Assembly: GCF_009914755.1 (NCBI RefSeq)
Contig: NC_060935.1
DNA: 64,000 nt
Reading direction: 5' to 3' (one strand)
Source of the DNA: the human T2T-CHM13v2.0 reference genome, Homo sapiens
Below, piece by piece: positions 30,722 through 43,853 of this stretch (its first letter is position 1; every line of letters begins with the position of its first letter). The notes below the pieces were generated by a model, which was not told the origin of the DNA, did not search any database, and saw nothing but the letters and a program-made list of their open reading frames with translations. Both the position numbers and the translations under genes were made by a program.

Positions 30722-31809
30722 AGGAGAAAGGGCATTCAACAGAAACAGGCTCAGAATGATAGAGATGACAGACGTGGTCATTGAAGCAGTGATGATACAC
30801 AGGCTTCATATATTTAAAGAAAAGCATAATCATGATGAGATGATAAATGGAATATTTTTTAAGGCCCAAACATAAATTCTAGAGATGGAATGCAATATTT
30901 GAAATGATAAATATACTAGATGAGTTAATAAAAGAACAGGCATTGCTGAAGAAAAAGTAAACTTGAAGAAAAAGCATTAGAAATTATCCAAATTGAAGCC
31001 CACAGAGAAAAAAACTGAAAAAAAAAAAAAAAAAAAGAACAGAGCATAAGTGGCCTGTGGGACAATACCAACTAGTCAAAACAACTAGTCAAAAATACAT
31101 GTAACTGCAGTCCAACATGAGAGAAGACCAAGGGAGAAGAAAAAAAAAAATAAAAGATCTCATTAAATCTCAAGGAGAATAAACACAAAGGAAACTATAC
31201 CTAGGCAATTGATAATAAAATACTAAAAACGAGTGACAAAAAGAAAAACATAAAACCAAACAGACTGGGAGAAAAGACACATTACAAATCATCAACAGAA
31301 AATATAAGAATGAAATATAAGAATGAAAGTGAACTTTTTGTCATAAACTATGCAAGTCAGAAGGCAATGAAGTGATATCTTCAAAGTACTAAAATATAAA
31401 TCAAGACATCAACTATTATATAACAAGCAAATTTGATGCCAAACAAAAATATTTTTTCAGAAATGAAGATGGAATAAAAACTGTATACAAACAAAACCTG
31501 AAAGAATTGTCAGCAAACCAGCACTATAAAGGACACTAAAGAAAACTACTCAAGAAGTAGGAAAATAAAATTAGATAGAAATTTGAATCAACCAAAGGAA
31601 AGAAGGACACCAAAATAGTAAAATCTGTCAGTAAATATAAAATATTTATTTTGTCTAATTTCTAATATTTTTAATATATGCTAGATGTCTAAAACAAAAA
31701 ATACTAATAATGAGAACTATAACATATGTATATGTAAGATGAATGCAAAAATAGCAAAACGGATGGAAGAAATGGAAGTACATGAAGTGTTACAATATTA
31801 TTCAAAGTA

Positions 31810-32045
31810 CCAGCCTGGCCAACAGAGTGAGATCCCATTCCTACAAAAAATTTTAAAAATTAGCTAAGCATGGTGGTATGCAACTGTAGTTCCAGCTACT
31901 CAGGAAACTGAGGTGGGAAGAGCTCTTGAGCCCAGGAATTCAAGGTTGCAGTGAGTCTAGATCATGTCACTGCACTCTGGCCTGAGCAACAGAGCAATAC
32001 TCTGTCTCTAAAAAATAAACATAAACATAAACATAAAAAATAAAA
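31810..32045 (+). mobile_element. 5'-truncated AluJ/FRAM-like
   Basis: ccagcctggccaacagagtgag...cttgagcccaggaattcaaggttgcagtgag...A-rich tail. Confidence 0.85.
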
Positions 32046-32084
32046 TAGGCTGTGATAAGCTAATGATGTATACTGTAAACTTAG

Positions 32085-32268
32085 AACAATGTTTCTTTAA
32101 TTTTGGCTTCATCAGAATCATTTTAGAGACTTCATAGAACACAAATAGCTAGGTCTCCCCATCCCTAGTTTCTGATTTGGCAGATCTTGGATAGGGCTCA
32201 AGAATTTGCTTTTCTAACAAGATTCCAATTGATGCTGGTCCAAGGAATCCAGTTCAGGAACCAACAAC
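32085..32268. mobile_element. MER5A (hAT-Charlie)
   Basis: cagaatca...agtttctgatt...agaatttgcttttctaacaag...gatgctggtcc. Confidence 0.75.
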
Positions 32269-35200
32269 CTAAAGCAATTACTAAAAAGAAAAAAAAAAAA
32301 AAATACAGAGGCATGGCTAACATTAGAGAAAAAAGTGGAATTATAAAAAAAAATTCAACCCAAATCAAGGTAAAAAAAGAAAATAAAACAAAGAAAGAAC
32401 AAATAGATAAGTACAAAGCAATGGTGAACTGCTAGATTTAAAGCCAACTGTATTTTCATTAAATTAAATGTAAATGATTTAAACACTGAAAATAAAAAGC
32501 TTCAACATAAAGCAAACACTGATGGAACTGTAAAGACAGATAAATTCATAATTATAGTTAATTATTTCAATACTCTGAGTAATTAATACAAGCAGACAGA
32601 AATTCAGTAAGCATATTGAAAACTTGAACATCACTATCAACCTATTGGAACTAATTGGCATTTGTAGAATGTTCTATCTAACAATAATGGAATACAAATT
32701 CTTTTTAAGTGCATATGGAACATTCACCAAGATTGAACATATCCTGGGCAATAAAACAGGTGTCAATACATTTTAAGGGATTAGAATCACAAGGAGTTCA
32801 TTTTTAGATCAAATCCCAATTGAACTAGAAATTAAGAACAAAAAGATATCTGGAAAATTTCCTCATTTTTGGAAATTAGACAACATTTTAAAATAACCCA
32901 TGGGTCAAAGAAAAAACATAAAAAATAAAAAATATTTGAACGAGATGAAAATGAAAACAAATCAAAATGTATAAGTTTTAGCAAAAGTGGTGTTTAGAGG
33001 AAAATGTATAGCATTAAACACTTTTATTAAGAAAAACAGTCTGAAATCAATGACCTATGTTTCCATTTTAAGAAACTAGTAAAAATTAAAAAAAGCTAAT
33101 TAAACCCAAAGTGAGCAAAAGAAATAAAAATATATGAAAATAAATGATGTTATACTTAATAAAATTTAAATTACTATTGAAACATAATGTAGCTTCCATT
33201 AAAATGAAAAGAGAATTGAGTCATTTTATTTCTTTGTATAAACTTTCTGTCAACGCCATATGATGGCAATAAGATACCATTATTTTCTTGCTTGGCTTTG
33301 ACAGGGCAATTATAGAGTTAGTTTGGCAAGTCTTTCAGATTTCCTAAAGGCCCTTGTTAAATACTTGATAATAAAATCAAGTATTAATTATAAAATAAAT
33401 AATAATAAAAATCATTATTTTTAAATCACACAGGATGTTATGATTTTTGTGTTTCTTTAACATTTTCTTTTGCAATTATTAACTAGCTTAACTCTCTGAT
33501 ATCCTCTCCGTGTGTGTGCGATTTGAGGATTCCCTAATGTCACTCTCACTAACTTAATGAAATCTTACTTTTTTTTTTTTCTTTTTCGAATTCTACAAGG
33601 AATCTTTGCAATTCATTTGTACTAAATTTGCATTAGAATGCTGCAATCCAACAATTATCTGGAGACCTGTCTACTAGACCTTTGATGGAATGAGTGGAGG
33701 TAGATTCGGGTACTAAGAAAATGTGGTTTGGGGGTAGACATTAGAAACTAGTTCTATAAATGTTCATACTTGCTTTTTCATGTAGATTTGTAAACGCAGG
33801 ATCTTACATAATGAGAACTTAATCACCCCGGAGAGCTTATTCACTCGTTGTATTACAGATCCAGGAGAAGTCACTTGACTCAGGGTCACAGGAGTAAATG
33901 TGAGAGACTAAACCTAGTTATTCTTAAATTGTATTGTTTGAAAACACTACAAGGCAGTAAAATAAAGATATAATCTCAAAGATTTCACCCAATCCCAGAG
34001 TAGTAATTCTCTACTCAAAAAGCCAAACAAAGTTCAAATTTTCTTTCTCTCTTTGCATCATGAATAAACTTCACAGCTCAAAACAGGATATACATTTTAA
34101 TTACAAACAATAGGAAACCAAGTTTGGGTTAGATATAATAAATAATTTTCTAATAGTTTATTAAATACTAAATGGTTTACAATGTAATATTTAGAATATC
34201 TCTATTTCAAAATAATTAGTTATTAATTCTTTTAGTGTTACAGTTAACATTCTGCTACAGCATTCATAGTAAACATGGGAATTTCTTGCAGCACCTCCCT
34301 ACCTCCCATCTAAGGGGAACATGGTAAAATAAGATTGCCACTCTTTATCTGTGACAAGCTGACTATGCCCTGCTGTAAAGCACAATGAACTTGCAGTCAG
34401 GAGACTTGTGTTCATATCTGCATTCTGGCTCATTAACCATGGCTTTTGATAAATCATTATATTTTGAGGTCCTAGCTTCTTCATTTGTAAAATAAAAATG
34501 AAGGCAGGTTGACTCCCAAAGCTCCTTCACTTTCCATGATCATATAATACCATCATATAATTCAATTTCTGAATTTAAAAAAAGCAACAAAAGAAAGGAA
34601 TGACTGTCACACACATGTGGAAAGTAAATTAATTCTGACTTTTAGTTTTTGTAGAGCAGTACCTAAATGTGTATACCTGTTGAGCCAGCAATTCCAACTC
34701 AAAGATCTTAATCTACTGCAATACTCTCACATGAGAAAGTATGTACAAAGATAATTACCACAGCACTATTTTTAACTGTAAAGAAATATAAGTTATCTAA
34801 ATATAAAGAATTAGGGTAGTAGGAGTCATGTTATTCATACTCTAGAATACTTTGAGGTACAATTATACAGAAATTGTCCATGATCAAAAGAAGCACATCA
34901 TTAAAAAGTTAGCTCGTTCTTCCTAGCAAAGCCAAGAAAAAAATAAAACAACAAAAACAACAAAGTAAGCTGAAGAATTACTTGTCATAGATTCAATTTT
35001 TGTTAAAAAACTAAGGTTTTGATTTTAAATATATATCACACACACACACATACAAACATATGTTTACATATACTTTCATAAGTACACATACACACTCTCA
35101 CACAAACTTACAAAAGCTTCTGTAAGAATACATAACGAAGAGTTACCAGTCATTACCTCTGGGCCAGAAGGGTTTAATGCAATTTAAATTTGTATTCTAC

Positions 35201-37504
35201 ATAGTATACTAACCTAATGCCTACTGGTTTAATAAGTAATCACTTTCTGAAAGATAAAAACTGTTGCCCAACCCATGATATTTTAAAATCTTAACTTATA
35301 TGCCTGTCTTCCCTACTGTTATCTCTATATGTTTTCAGCAATTTGTGTGCATGAGGTTAATCAAAATGCTACATTGTAAATGAAACCATCCATTTACACA
35401 GTGCCTTTGTCCAGTTAATGAGACCTGAAGAATGTTGATCCATTCTTTTCCTAAGTATGCTACATAAAAATCCTTCAGAAAATGTAAACACATTTCAGGC
35501 ACCTGCCTGAGAACCAATACACAAAGTCAAAGTGTTGTACAAAATGTCAACAGCAGATGGTGCACATTTGCTCTTCTTAAACCAGTTTTCCATTGTTTCC
35601 AGAAAAAGAACAAACTACCAAATATATACACACACACACAAATCGCTCTAAAACACAAACAGCCTAACAAATGAGACTTCTTGAGAACTAACTGTAGGAA
35701 CCAACAGCCTCAATCTATTTCCCTGTAAATAATCTGCTCTTTAGGGATTTGGTTTCTGAATTCAGCCAAAGAACTATCAGTTTTCAGCAATATACAGTGA
35801 AAATCAACAAAAAAATTCTTGTCAGAAGTCAGTAAATGGCACTAAAGAGGAACATGTCTGCAATGCATAGCAAGAGACAGATGAGTATGACAAGATTATC
35901 ACATCTAAGATGGGTGATACTGGAGAAAGATGGGAAAGGAAGATAGCCAAAAGTGGGTTGAAATCATTTTTTTCTAAATTTCAACTCTGAATATTACAAA
36001 AAAGTTCTGCTTTGTAAATCATGCTTACATCTTCATCCCAAAACTACTTCATCAAGGGAAGGGTAATACTACAAAAGTGTTTTAAACATGACTGTAATCT
36101 GAATCACATGGGTAACGTTATTCCTTCATAAATTTTGCTTCCCAGCCTCCATTCTGTAACTTCTAAAACAAAATCTTTGAAGGTAGAGATAGGGATCATC
36201 TTGAATCAGTGATTTCTTCAATAAATAATATTCATCCATGATTTCCTAAATTGGATTTTTTAAAAAATATCCATTTAATAAGCTGGCCTGTACATTTATA
36301 ATCAAATATCCTTTTGATGTTTATAAAAATATATTTTAAAAATTATGAAGTGTTCAACTATATAAAGTAATTGAAATGATAACTCAAGCCAGAAGTAAAA
36401 ATTAACACTAGAGTCTTATGATTACAGGCAATTTTAAAATGAAATATTTAATTTATGTTCATTCTTTTTGCAGAAGTATGATTAGGATTAGGTTAGCAAT
36501 AAAAATATGATTAGTTCAAATGTAAAAATAAATTGAATTTTAATAAAATTATATGGGTTAATGGGACAGAAATACAACTTAAATGAAAGAAAAAGAATGA
36601 TGTAAAACATCCAACTGCTAAAAGAAGAGTTTATGTATTTTTGTAATAAATGACAGTATCATCTAGCTGTATTTATATTCCAGTGGATATGTTTAAAGAA
36701 ATTATGTTAATTACAAAATGTCAATATCTGCAATATGTTAGAAATCACATCTTTTACAACTGTGTAAACTTATGATGAAACTATTTAGATGTAAACCTAA
36801 AAATACGTGAGTGGTTATATAGTTTTCAAAATCTTCTTAGAATTCTTATAGATCAGTGCTCTGCACTATGATAAATTTACAAAAGACAAATGGGCTGGCT
36901 GGTCTGTGCCCTGAAATGGAAGCTTTCCTTCTTAGTAATTTCTTCAGATCATAGACACGTAGTCCATAAGAACAAGATTCTTTATAAAATTATAGTTTCT
37001 AAATAATATTTTTGGAAATATTCTAGGTTTAAAGACTGCATATTACAATGCAGAGAGTTTTTTGAAAAACAAACAAAAAACATTCATTCTGGTAAAAAAA
37101 GGTACAAAAAATGTGATTTTTAAATGAATTCATTGTTAGAACTAATTGTAAAATTCTTTGTTTGGAAACATGATTTTGAAAACTTTTCCTAGGATCACCT
37201 GATATATGCTGTGGGAGCGAATACCCATTTTTAATATAGGCCTATACAAATTTATAATCAGATAGGAGAGTTTAGCTCATAAATACACTGTAGACTATTT
37301 CTAAGCCAAACTTTAATTATTTGGAATTACAAAAATGTAGGACGATACCTGCCTTACTTCTTCCTTTGATAGTGAAAGAGTGTTTCAGTGAATTTGTCAT
37401 TGGTAAACTCATTGCCAATTCATTTTCAAACTTCATGTAATTATTTGAAAATATTTTAATTATTTTATTAGCCACATATCAAATTTTTGAGGTATAGTAC
37501 TTAC

Positions 37505-37605
37505 CCTCTGTTATATTTTGCTATTTCATCAAACAAAAGTTTCCACCGAGGACGTCCTATAAACAGTCTTGAATTCAGTGCATGATATTTTTCTCCAATT
37601 ATCTT
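37505..37605 (-). CDS. NOX4: NOX4 coding exon (exon 17, 101 nt): KIIGEKYHALNSRLFIGRPRWKLLFDEIAKYNR(G)
   Basis: Acceptor tttttggcag|, donor |gtaagt; NOX-family GRPxW motif. Confidence 0.97.
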
Positions 37606-39106
37606 CTGCCAAAAAGAAAGCACTACATTATTCGATATTTAGTTAAGTAAACCAGTTCTCTAACATCATTTCTGCTGGTGCTGCGGCTTCCCACCAAATT
37701 GCTGTGATATAAAGAATGTAAGTATCAAATGGCAACCTATCACGTACAATTATTTCAAAATATCATTTCCTTTCTTCTTTCTTTTAAAATTCATTATCTC
37801 CTTGAATTCCATTTGTTTGTTTTTAAACAAACAAACAAAATCTATTCTGGTAAAAAGGTAGAAAAATTTGATTTTTAAATGAATCAATTGTTAGAACTAA
37901 TCTCCTTGAATGCCATTCTGACAAATGGCTAATTTTCTTAGACTTCAGTTAGTTGTTTCATCTTTAAAGAACTGCAGTGTAAGACAAAGAATGAATTCTA
38001 ATTGGTCAATCTCAAAAAGGCTCAGCACATAGACTTCAACATTGAAGTATTTTGGCACCACAAATACAGTTGTCATATTTGGCTCATTATATAAGTAAAA
38101 TACTACAAATTGTCATCGTAAATTTGGGGAAATAATCCTAGACAAGACAGCTCAAGACAGCAAAACTCCAAAATTGGGTCTATCAACAAATGGCTGTGAA
38201 CAGGCTCCTGTTTGCAATTAACAGAGCATTAGATCTAAATCAATGTGAAGAGTCAGAGTGAACTGCGGAGAAAGGAGGAAGTATCTGAGTCCCAGGCAGG
38301 CAAACTGAGAACCAGATGCAAATTATGCTTCATACCTTAATTATCGCAATACCAGGAGGAAAAGTGATATTGACTTACTTCGTGAGACTGGTAAAATGAA
38401 ATACTATTTACATACCAAGTAGGGTAGAAATACGACTGGAAAACTTAGAGTTAGATTAGTTTTGAGGTAACTGAAAACATTCAAATGTTGTATTCCAAGT
38501 ATTGTGAAAATGTATGACAAAAAGTACTAAAATAAAATTTGTGAATGCATTCATGCCTAGATTTATACACCAGTCCAGCTCTTCAATGTTGTCTTCAAAT
38601 ATTAGTTTCATCACTTGCAAAATGGGAATAACATTTACTGCTTGACTCTGTTTTAATTACATAAACTAATATATGTGAAATTATTAGCATAGTTCCTAGA
38701 ACAGTAAATAAATAATGCATGATGGCTATCATTATTTTTTAGTTTTCTTTGTCTAGAAATAAGCTTAACTGTATACGAACTCATCTTCTCTCTCCACATA
38801 AAACATTCCCTCAATAAAAAGAAATCATAAGGCTGTTCATGTGTAGTCTGAATTTTAGAAGAACTTGAGGCGATAGTGAAGAGGGGAGGGGCAGACTCAA
38901 AAGCTCCCTGTGAGAAGGACAAATGGAAGGCATAATGTGGTTGACTTCAAGGACAAGCTATGACTTTCCTGGACATATTCCAAAGGAGGCTTTCCTCTAG
39001 GAAACTTCTGTTCGAACCACCTGCAGGAATTTTCTTCCACCACAGCTCCTACAGTAAATCTATTATCAAGAGGCTTGTTTAATTTACGATAACATCAACC
39101 ACATAC

Positions 39107-39175
39107 CTGTATCCCATCTGTTTGACTGAGGTACAGCTGGATGTTGACATAGTCAGGTCTGTTCTCTTGCCAAAA
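39107..39175 (-). CDS. NOX4: NOX4 coding exon (exon 16, 69 nt): FWQENRPDYVNIQLYLSQTDGIQ
   Basis: Acceptor cctctcag|, donor |gtatgt; phase 0/0, in frame. Confidence 0.97.
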
Positions 39176-39739
39176 CTGAGAGGACAGAAAAAGGAATAGA
39201 CTTATTACAATTCTGTGGGTATACTCAGATTTTCTCCTATTCTAACATACTTGATTCTAGAATTTAACACAACCTAGCTTATCATAGTCAATATCTATAA
39301 GAAAATGAATACACACACACATACATACACAGAAATATATATAACAGATTCTAACGTTAATAATCTGGCCTCTTGGTATTAATTAGTTCTGATGGTGGTA
39401 GTGGTAGGGAATAATTTTCTGTTATCTTTATAGATACAAAATTTAGCATGCTGAATGCTGTACAAATATTAGTCCTTCTGAAATACTCCTTATTTTATTC
39501 CTTAAGAGTCTCAAAATTGTACCAGTTTACTCATCAAGAACATGATTTTCTTGAGAAAAAAAGACAATAGTGATTTAATTTATGCATGCTAGCAAATATA
39601 AAACAAAACAAATAGACACTTTTTCCTGTTCCTTCCTTCCGCTTATTCAATAATGGGCTCTGGTTTCTCTTGTACAAAAATGCACGAGGCAAAAATATAC
39701 CTGCAAAAATAAATAGTCTAGAAAAAAATATGGAACAAC

Positions 39740-40170
39740 AACCCCTCACTTCCCCCTCCCCGAAGGCTTTGGCAACCTGAGAGGATTTTACTGTATCTGA
39801 ATTGTTTGAAATATTTTTAGCAAGGATGCATATGTAGAGACTATTCTACTTCCTGCCTCTGCAAATGAAACTACTCTAGGGACCTCCTATAAGTGACAGC
39901 ATAATATATTTTTGCTTTCGTGTCTGGCATATTTATTTAGCATTATATCTTCAAAGTTCATCCATGTACTATGTGTCATAATTTCCTTCCTTTTTAAGGC
40001 TGAATAGTTATGCATTGTATGTGTATATCATAATTTGTTCATTCAACTATTGATGAATATTTGGGTTGTTTCCATCCTTTGGCTATTGTGAATAATGCTT
40101 CTATGGGCATTGGCATACAAATATCTGTCCAATTGCCTGCTTTTAATTCTTCTAGGTACATACCTAGAAC
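39740..40170 (-). mobile_element. L1MB-type 3' fragment carrying a ~60 bp insertion
   Basis: ggcaacc|...|actattctac...actactctagggacctcctataagtg...ttggctattgtgaataatgct. Confidence 0.75.
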
Positions 40171-41722
40171 CAATGTTTTCATTTATTTTTATTTACTTAT
40201 TTTGCATAAAGTCTGGAGGACTTACGTAATCCACCTCTTCCCAGAAAAGCACAGACACTACCTCTCTAATTGCCTGTCCTACTATTCTTTCTCTTGCTTA
40301 CTCTGCTTCATCCACACAGATCTCCTTTCTCTTCTTTCAGGACACCAAGCATACTGCTGCCTCAGAGCCCTTGCCTATGAAGTTAGGTTTCTCTACCTTG
40401 ATTTTTTTTCTCCAAAATATGTGTCTAGTCTGCTCATTCACTTCAGTCAAGTCTGCTCAAATGGCATTATAGCATTTTGTTTGATGGTTGTTCTTGAACA
40501 TGCAATATAAATTAACACACTCTCTACTGTTTACGCTGCTTTACTCCTACTTTCCCTTCCTTCTTTGTCCTAACCTGAATCTCAGAACCTGATGCTGGAT
40601 GTATTTATTGGTTGTTGTCTATCTTGCCCCCTTAGAATGTAAACCACATGAGATCAGAAACTTGGTTTTATTTTGCCACCTGATGAGTTTTCAGATCCTA
40701 GAATAGTTTCAGATTGATAGTAAGCAGTTAATAAATATACACTGAATGATAGAATGACTGACTGAATGAGTGAATGCATGCACAAAGAGGTATATATAAT
40801 GATATCCATTTCAGCATTCTTTGTAATAAAAAAGTATCTAACATTAGAGAATTGTTCAGTAAACTAGATAAATCTATACAATGAAATACTCTAAAAGAAT
40901 CTGGTGGGTCTATCATCTCTAACTGTTGGCACAGGGAAAAACAGTGAAGTAGTTCTAGATGCACTAATACCAAAAAATAGTCAAGACACAGTAATCAATT
41001 AATAAAGGAATTTGCATAAACAATATAAATAGTATGATATAATTTATAGAACACTTAAGAGTTACCTCTGTTTACATAGATTAGGTAGGGAAGGTAGTAA
41101 GAGAGGATTTTACTTTATCAGAATTGTTTGAAATATTTGTAGCAAGGATACATATGTGTATCACTTGTATAGTGTGAATAAAGATAAATAGGTCAAATGT
41201 TACACGTAGGATAGGAAAAGATTCCTGCTTTATCTCTGCAAAAAATAAAACACAAAATTTGGGATTGTTGAGATTTGTATAGTATACCAAAAAGTCTGGT
41301 GATTTGCAGTATTAAAGATGGCAATCAAGGGTAAGTGCTATCAGAACAGAGGATGGAAGGTGTTACAGCAGGAGCCTTCTGGTATTTCCCTCCATTGTCT
41401 TCCCTCATCACCTTTAGCCATATGCATACATTTCTATGTGAAACACCCTATGTTAAAACATAGAAATGAATGTTTCCATGTTAAAATATATTAGATATAT
41501 ATGCATACTCACAAATATCCATATCTGAAAAGATGTGTGTCTAATTGCTAACAGATATTATCTCTGATTTTTTATGTTTAAGAGACTTATTTCTTTCCTT
41601 GCTACTTATCTGCATAATTTCTATGGTTTATTCTATGGCAAGCATTTATTGCTTTTGTAATATAAAAGCTATAACATTTTTAATTTGAAAAATTGCAAAA
41701 CTAGAACCAACCCTAATGTTAC

Positions 41723-41831
41723 CTTGTTATGCAACATACAGAGTAAATCTGCAAACCAACGGAAGGACTGGATATCTCTGCATACCCAAATAAAGTATAG
41801 TCTTCTAAGCTTGTATGGTTTCCAGTCATCC
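41723..41831 (-). CDS. NOX4: NOX4 coding exon (exon 15, 109 nt): DDWKPYKLRRLYFIWVCRDIQSFRWFADLLCMLHNK
   Basis: Acceptor ttttaaag| (AAG type), donor |gtaaca; NOX-family YFIWxCR motif; phases 2/0 fit neighbours. Confidence 0.97.
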
Positions 41832-42759
41832 CTTTAAAATGAAAATAACATGATAGTGATTAGGATGGCAAACACAAATATTAAAGAATTCGTATATTTT
41901 TTAAAGTTTCCTTTTCATTAGTAAGCAACCAATAGAAATATCCAATAGAAACCAACAGAAAAATCAGTCATTTACATTCTAGCGTCTGATAGCACGAGAC
42001 CTAAATGAATTTAATATGCAATATACTGACTCAAGGATACGACATACTTCATGAATTTAGGTGTTTAAGTGTTAAATGTTAAATGAATTTAAGTGTGAAT
42101 AATATTCACAAGTATGCATATCATCCATTTCCAGTTGAAGGCCATAACTGAACTGGACCAGAATAATATTGGGCTCTGCATCTCAGAAAAAAAACAAGTT
42201 TTCAACTTTCAGTGAATTCTATCACAGACTGAGTAGGGCTCCAAAGGTCATTCAGTCTTGCCCTGGCTTTTTGGCAAAATGAGCCAAAACCATTCCAGAA
42301 ACTTGGTTGTTTATCCCCTCTTAAAAATCATTAAAGAAAGAGATTTCACAATCATGTATGATGTAATGCATTCCAGCAACTCATAATTCCAAGTCTGGAT
42401 CCCCATTTATAAAGTAGGCTTGAGGTTAAGAAAATTTTCTTCCTTTTTCATAACATTAGGTGTCCAAATAACTTGTAATGTGTTGTCAGAAACAAACTAT
42501 TTCTGGCTTAGAGCATGATCATTTTTGTAAGAACCGCCAGAAAGTACCAAATTTACATCTAGTATTTAAAACTGAAATAAAATATCATTCAAACACATCA
42601 CTTAAATTTATTATTGCTTTTTTGGTTCTGCAAAAAAAATAGTAAATGGAATAGATTTGAGAATAACTTTCTACTTTCATTTTGCTTTGTGTTTTCATAA
42701 GAATATCAATCAATTAACTTTTGCTTATAATCCTGAAACTAAAATAAGTTTTAGTTTAG

Positions 42760-43095
<336 letters not shown>

Positions 43096-43733
43096 TGAAG
43101 TTACTTTCTTTAGTCTGTTGTAAATTTGCTAAGTAATAAATGAAGGAATGATGTGTTCAGTTGTCATCTCAGAAAAGCCTGACCATACTTCAACAATAAA
43201 CCCAGCCCTTTATTTCCATATCCATTAATGTCTACCTTTTGTCATAATTCTAATATTTTCTGAAATAATTTTATTTACATTTCTCATTGCTTTCTTTTTT
43301 ACTTGCCCCATTTGAATGTAAGTTTTTTAAGGGCAGGGACTCTGTTTTCATTCATTGCTGTCTTCCCAATACCTGTAAGACCTATTGGCACATGGGTGTT
43401 CAAAAATATTTGTTGACTGAATGAATGAGTAGAACCACTTACCGCTGATGAGGACATAGAAAATGAAGGATGGAGGCGAATGACTTTTAACAGAGGAAAA
43501 GGACAGAGGAGTGCATAACTGTGATATGACATCTTTCTACAAGAGAATATGCTAGCAGCCACAGACCACATGTTGAGAATCACTGAATTATTCCCCTCAC
43601 CAATCAGGAAATGGAGGTCCTTGATCAACAAGTAGAATAATTCAATAAGGAATTATTTTATACTAAAAAGAGAGATATCAGAAATATTGGCAGTTCTCTA
43701 TTTGGATTAACAAAATAGATCAAAATGACATAC

Positions 43734-43853
43734 AACAGGGTGTTGAGTATTGATGCAAATGGAGTTACTCCAATGCCTCCAGCCACGCAGAGGCTGACCT
43801 CATAGTTCAGTGATTCCTCAAATGGACTTCCAAAAGGACCATCAATATACAGC
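43734..43853 (-). CDS. NOX4: NOX4 coding exon (exon 14, 120 nt): LYIDGPFGSPFEESLNYEVSLCVAGGIGVTPFASILNTL(L); NADPH-binding GGIGVTPF motif
   Basis: Acceptor ctctacag|, donor |gtatgt; contains the NOX/ferric-reductase DGPFG and GGIGxTPF motifs. Confidence 0.98.

Larger units (their letters stand above)
29480..33140 (+). mobile_element. Degenerate ancient L1M (5' region, ORF1 and start of ORF2) in the last NOX4 intron
   Basis: A-rich strand bias; ORF1-like (ctgtgggacaatacc, agaaggcaatgaagtgatatcttcaaagtact) and endonuclease-like (catatggaacattcaccaagattgaacatatcctggg) remnants; boundaries approximate. Confidence 0.7.
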
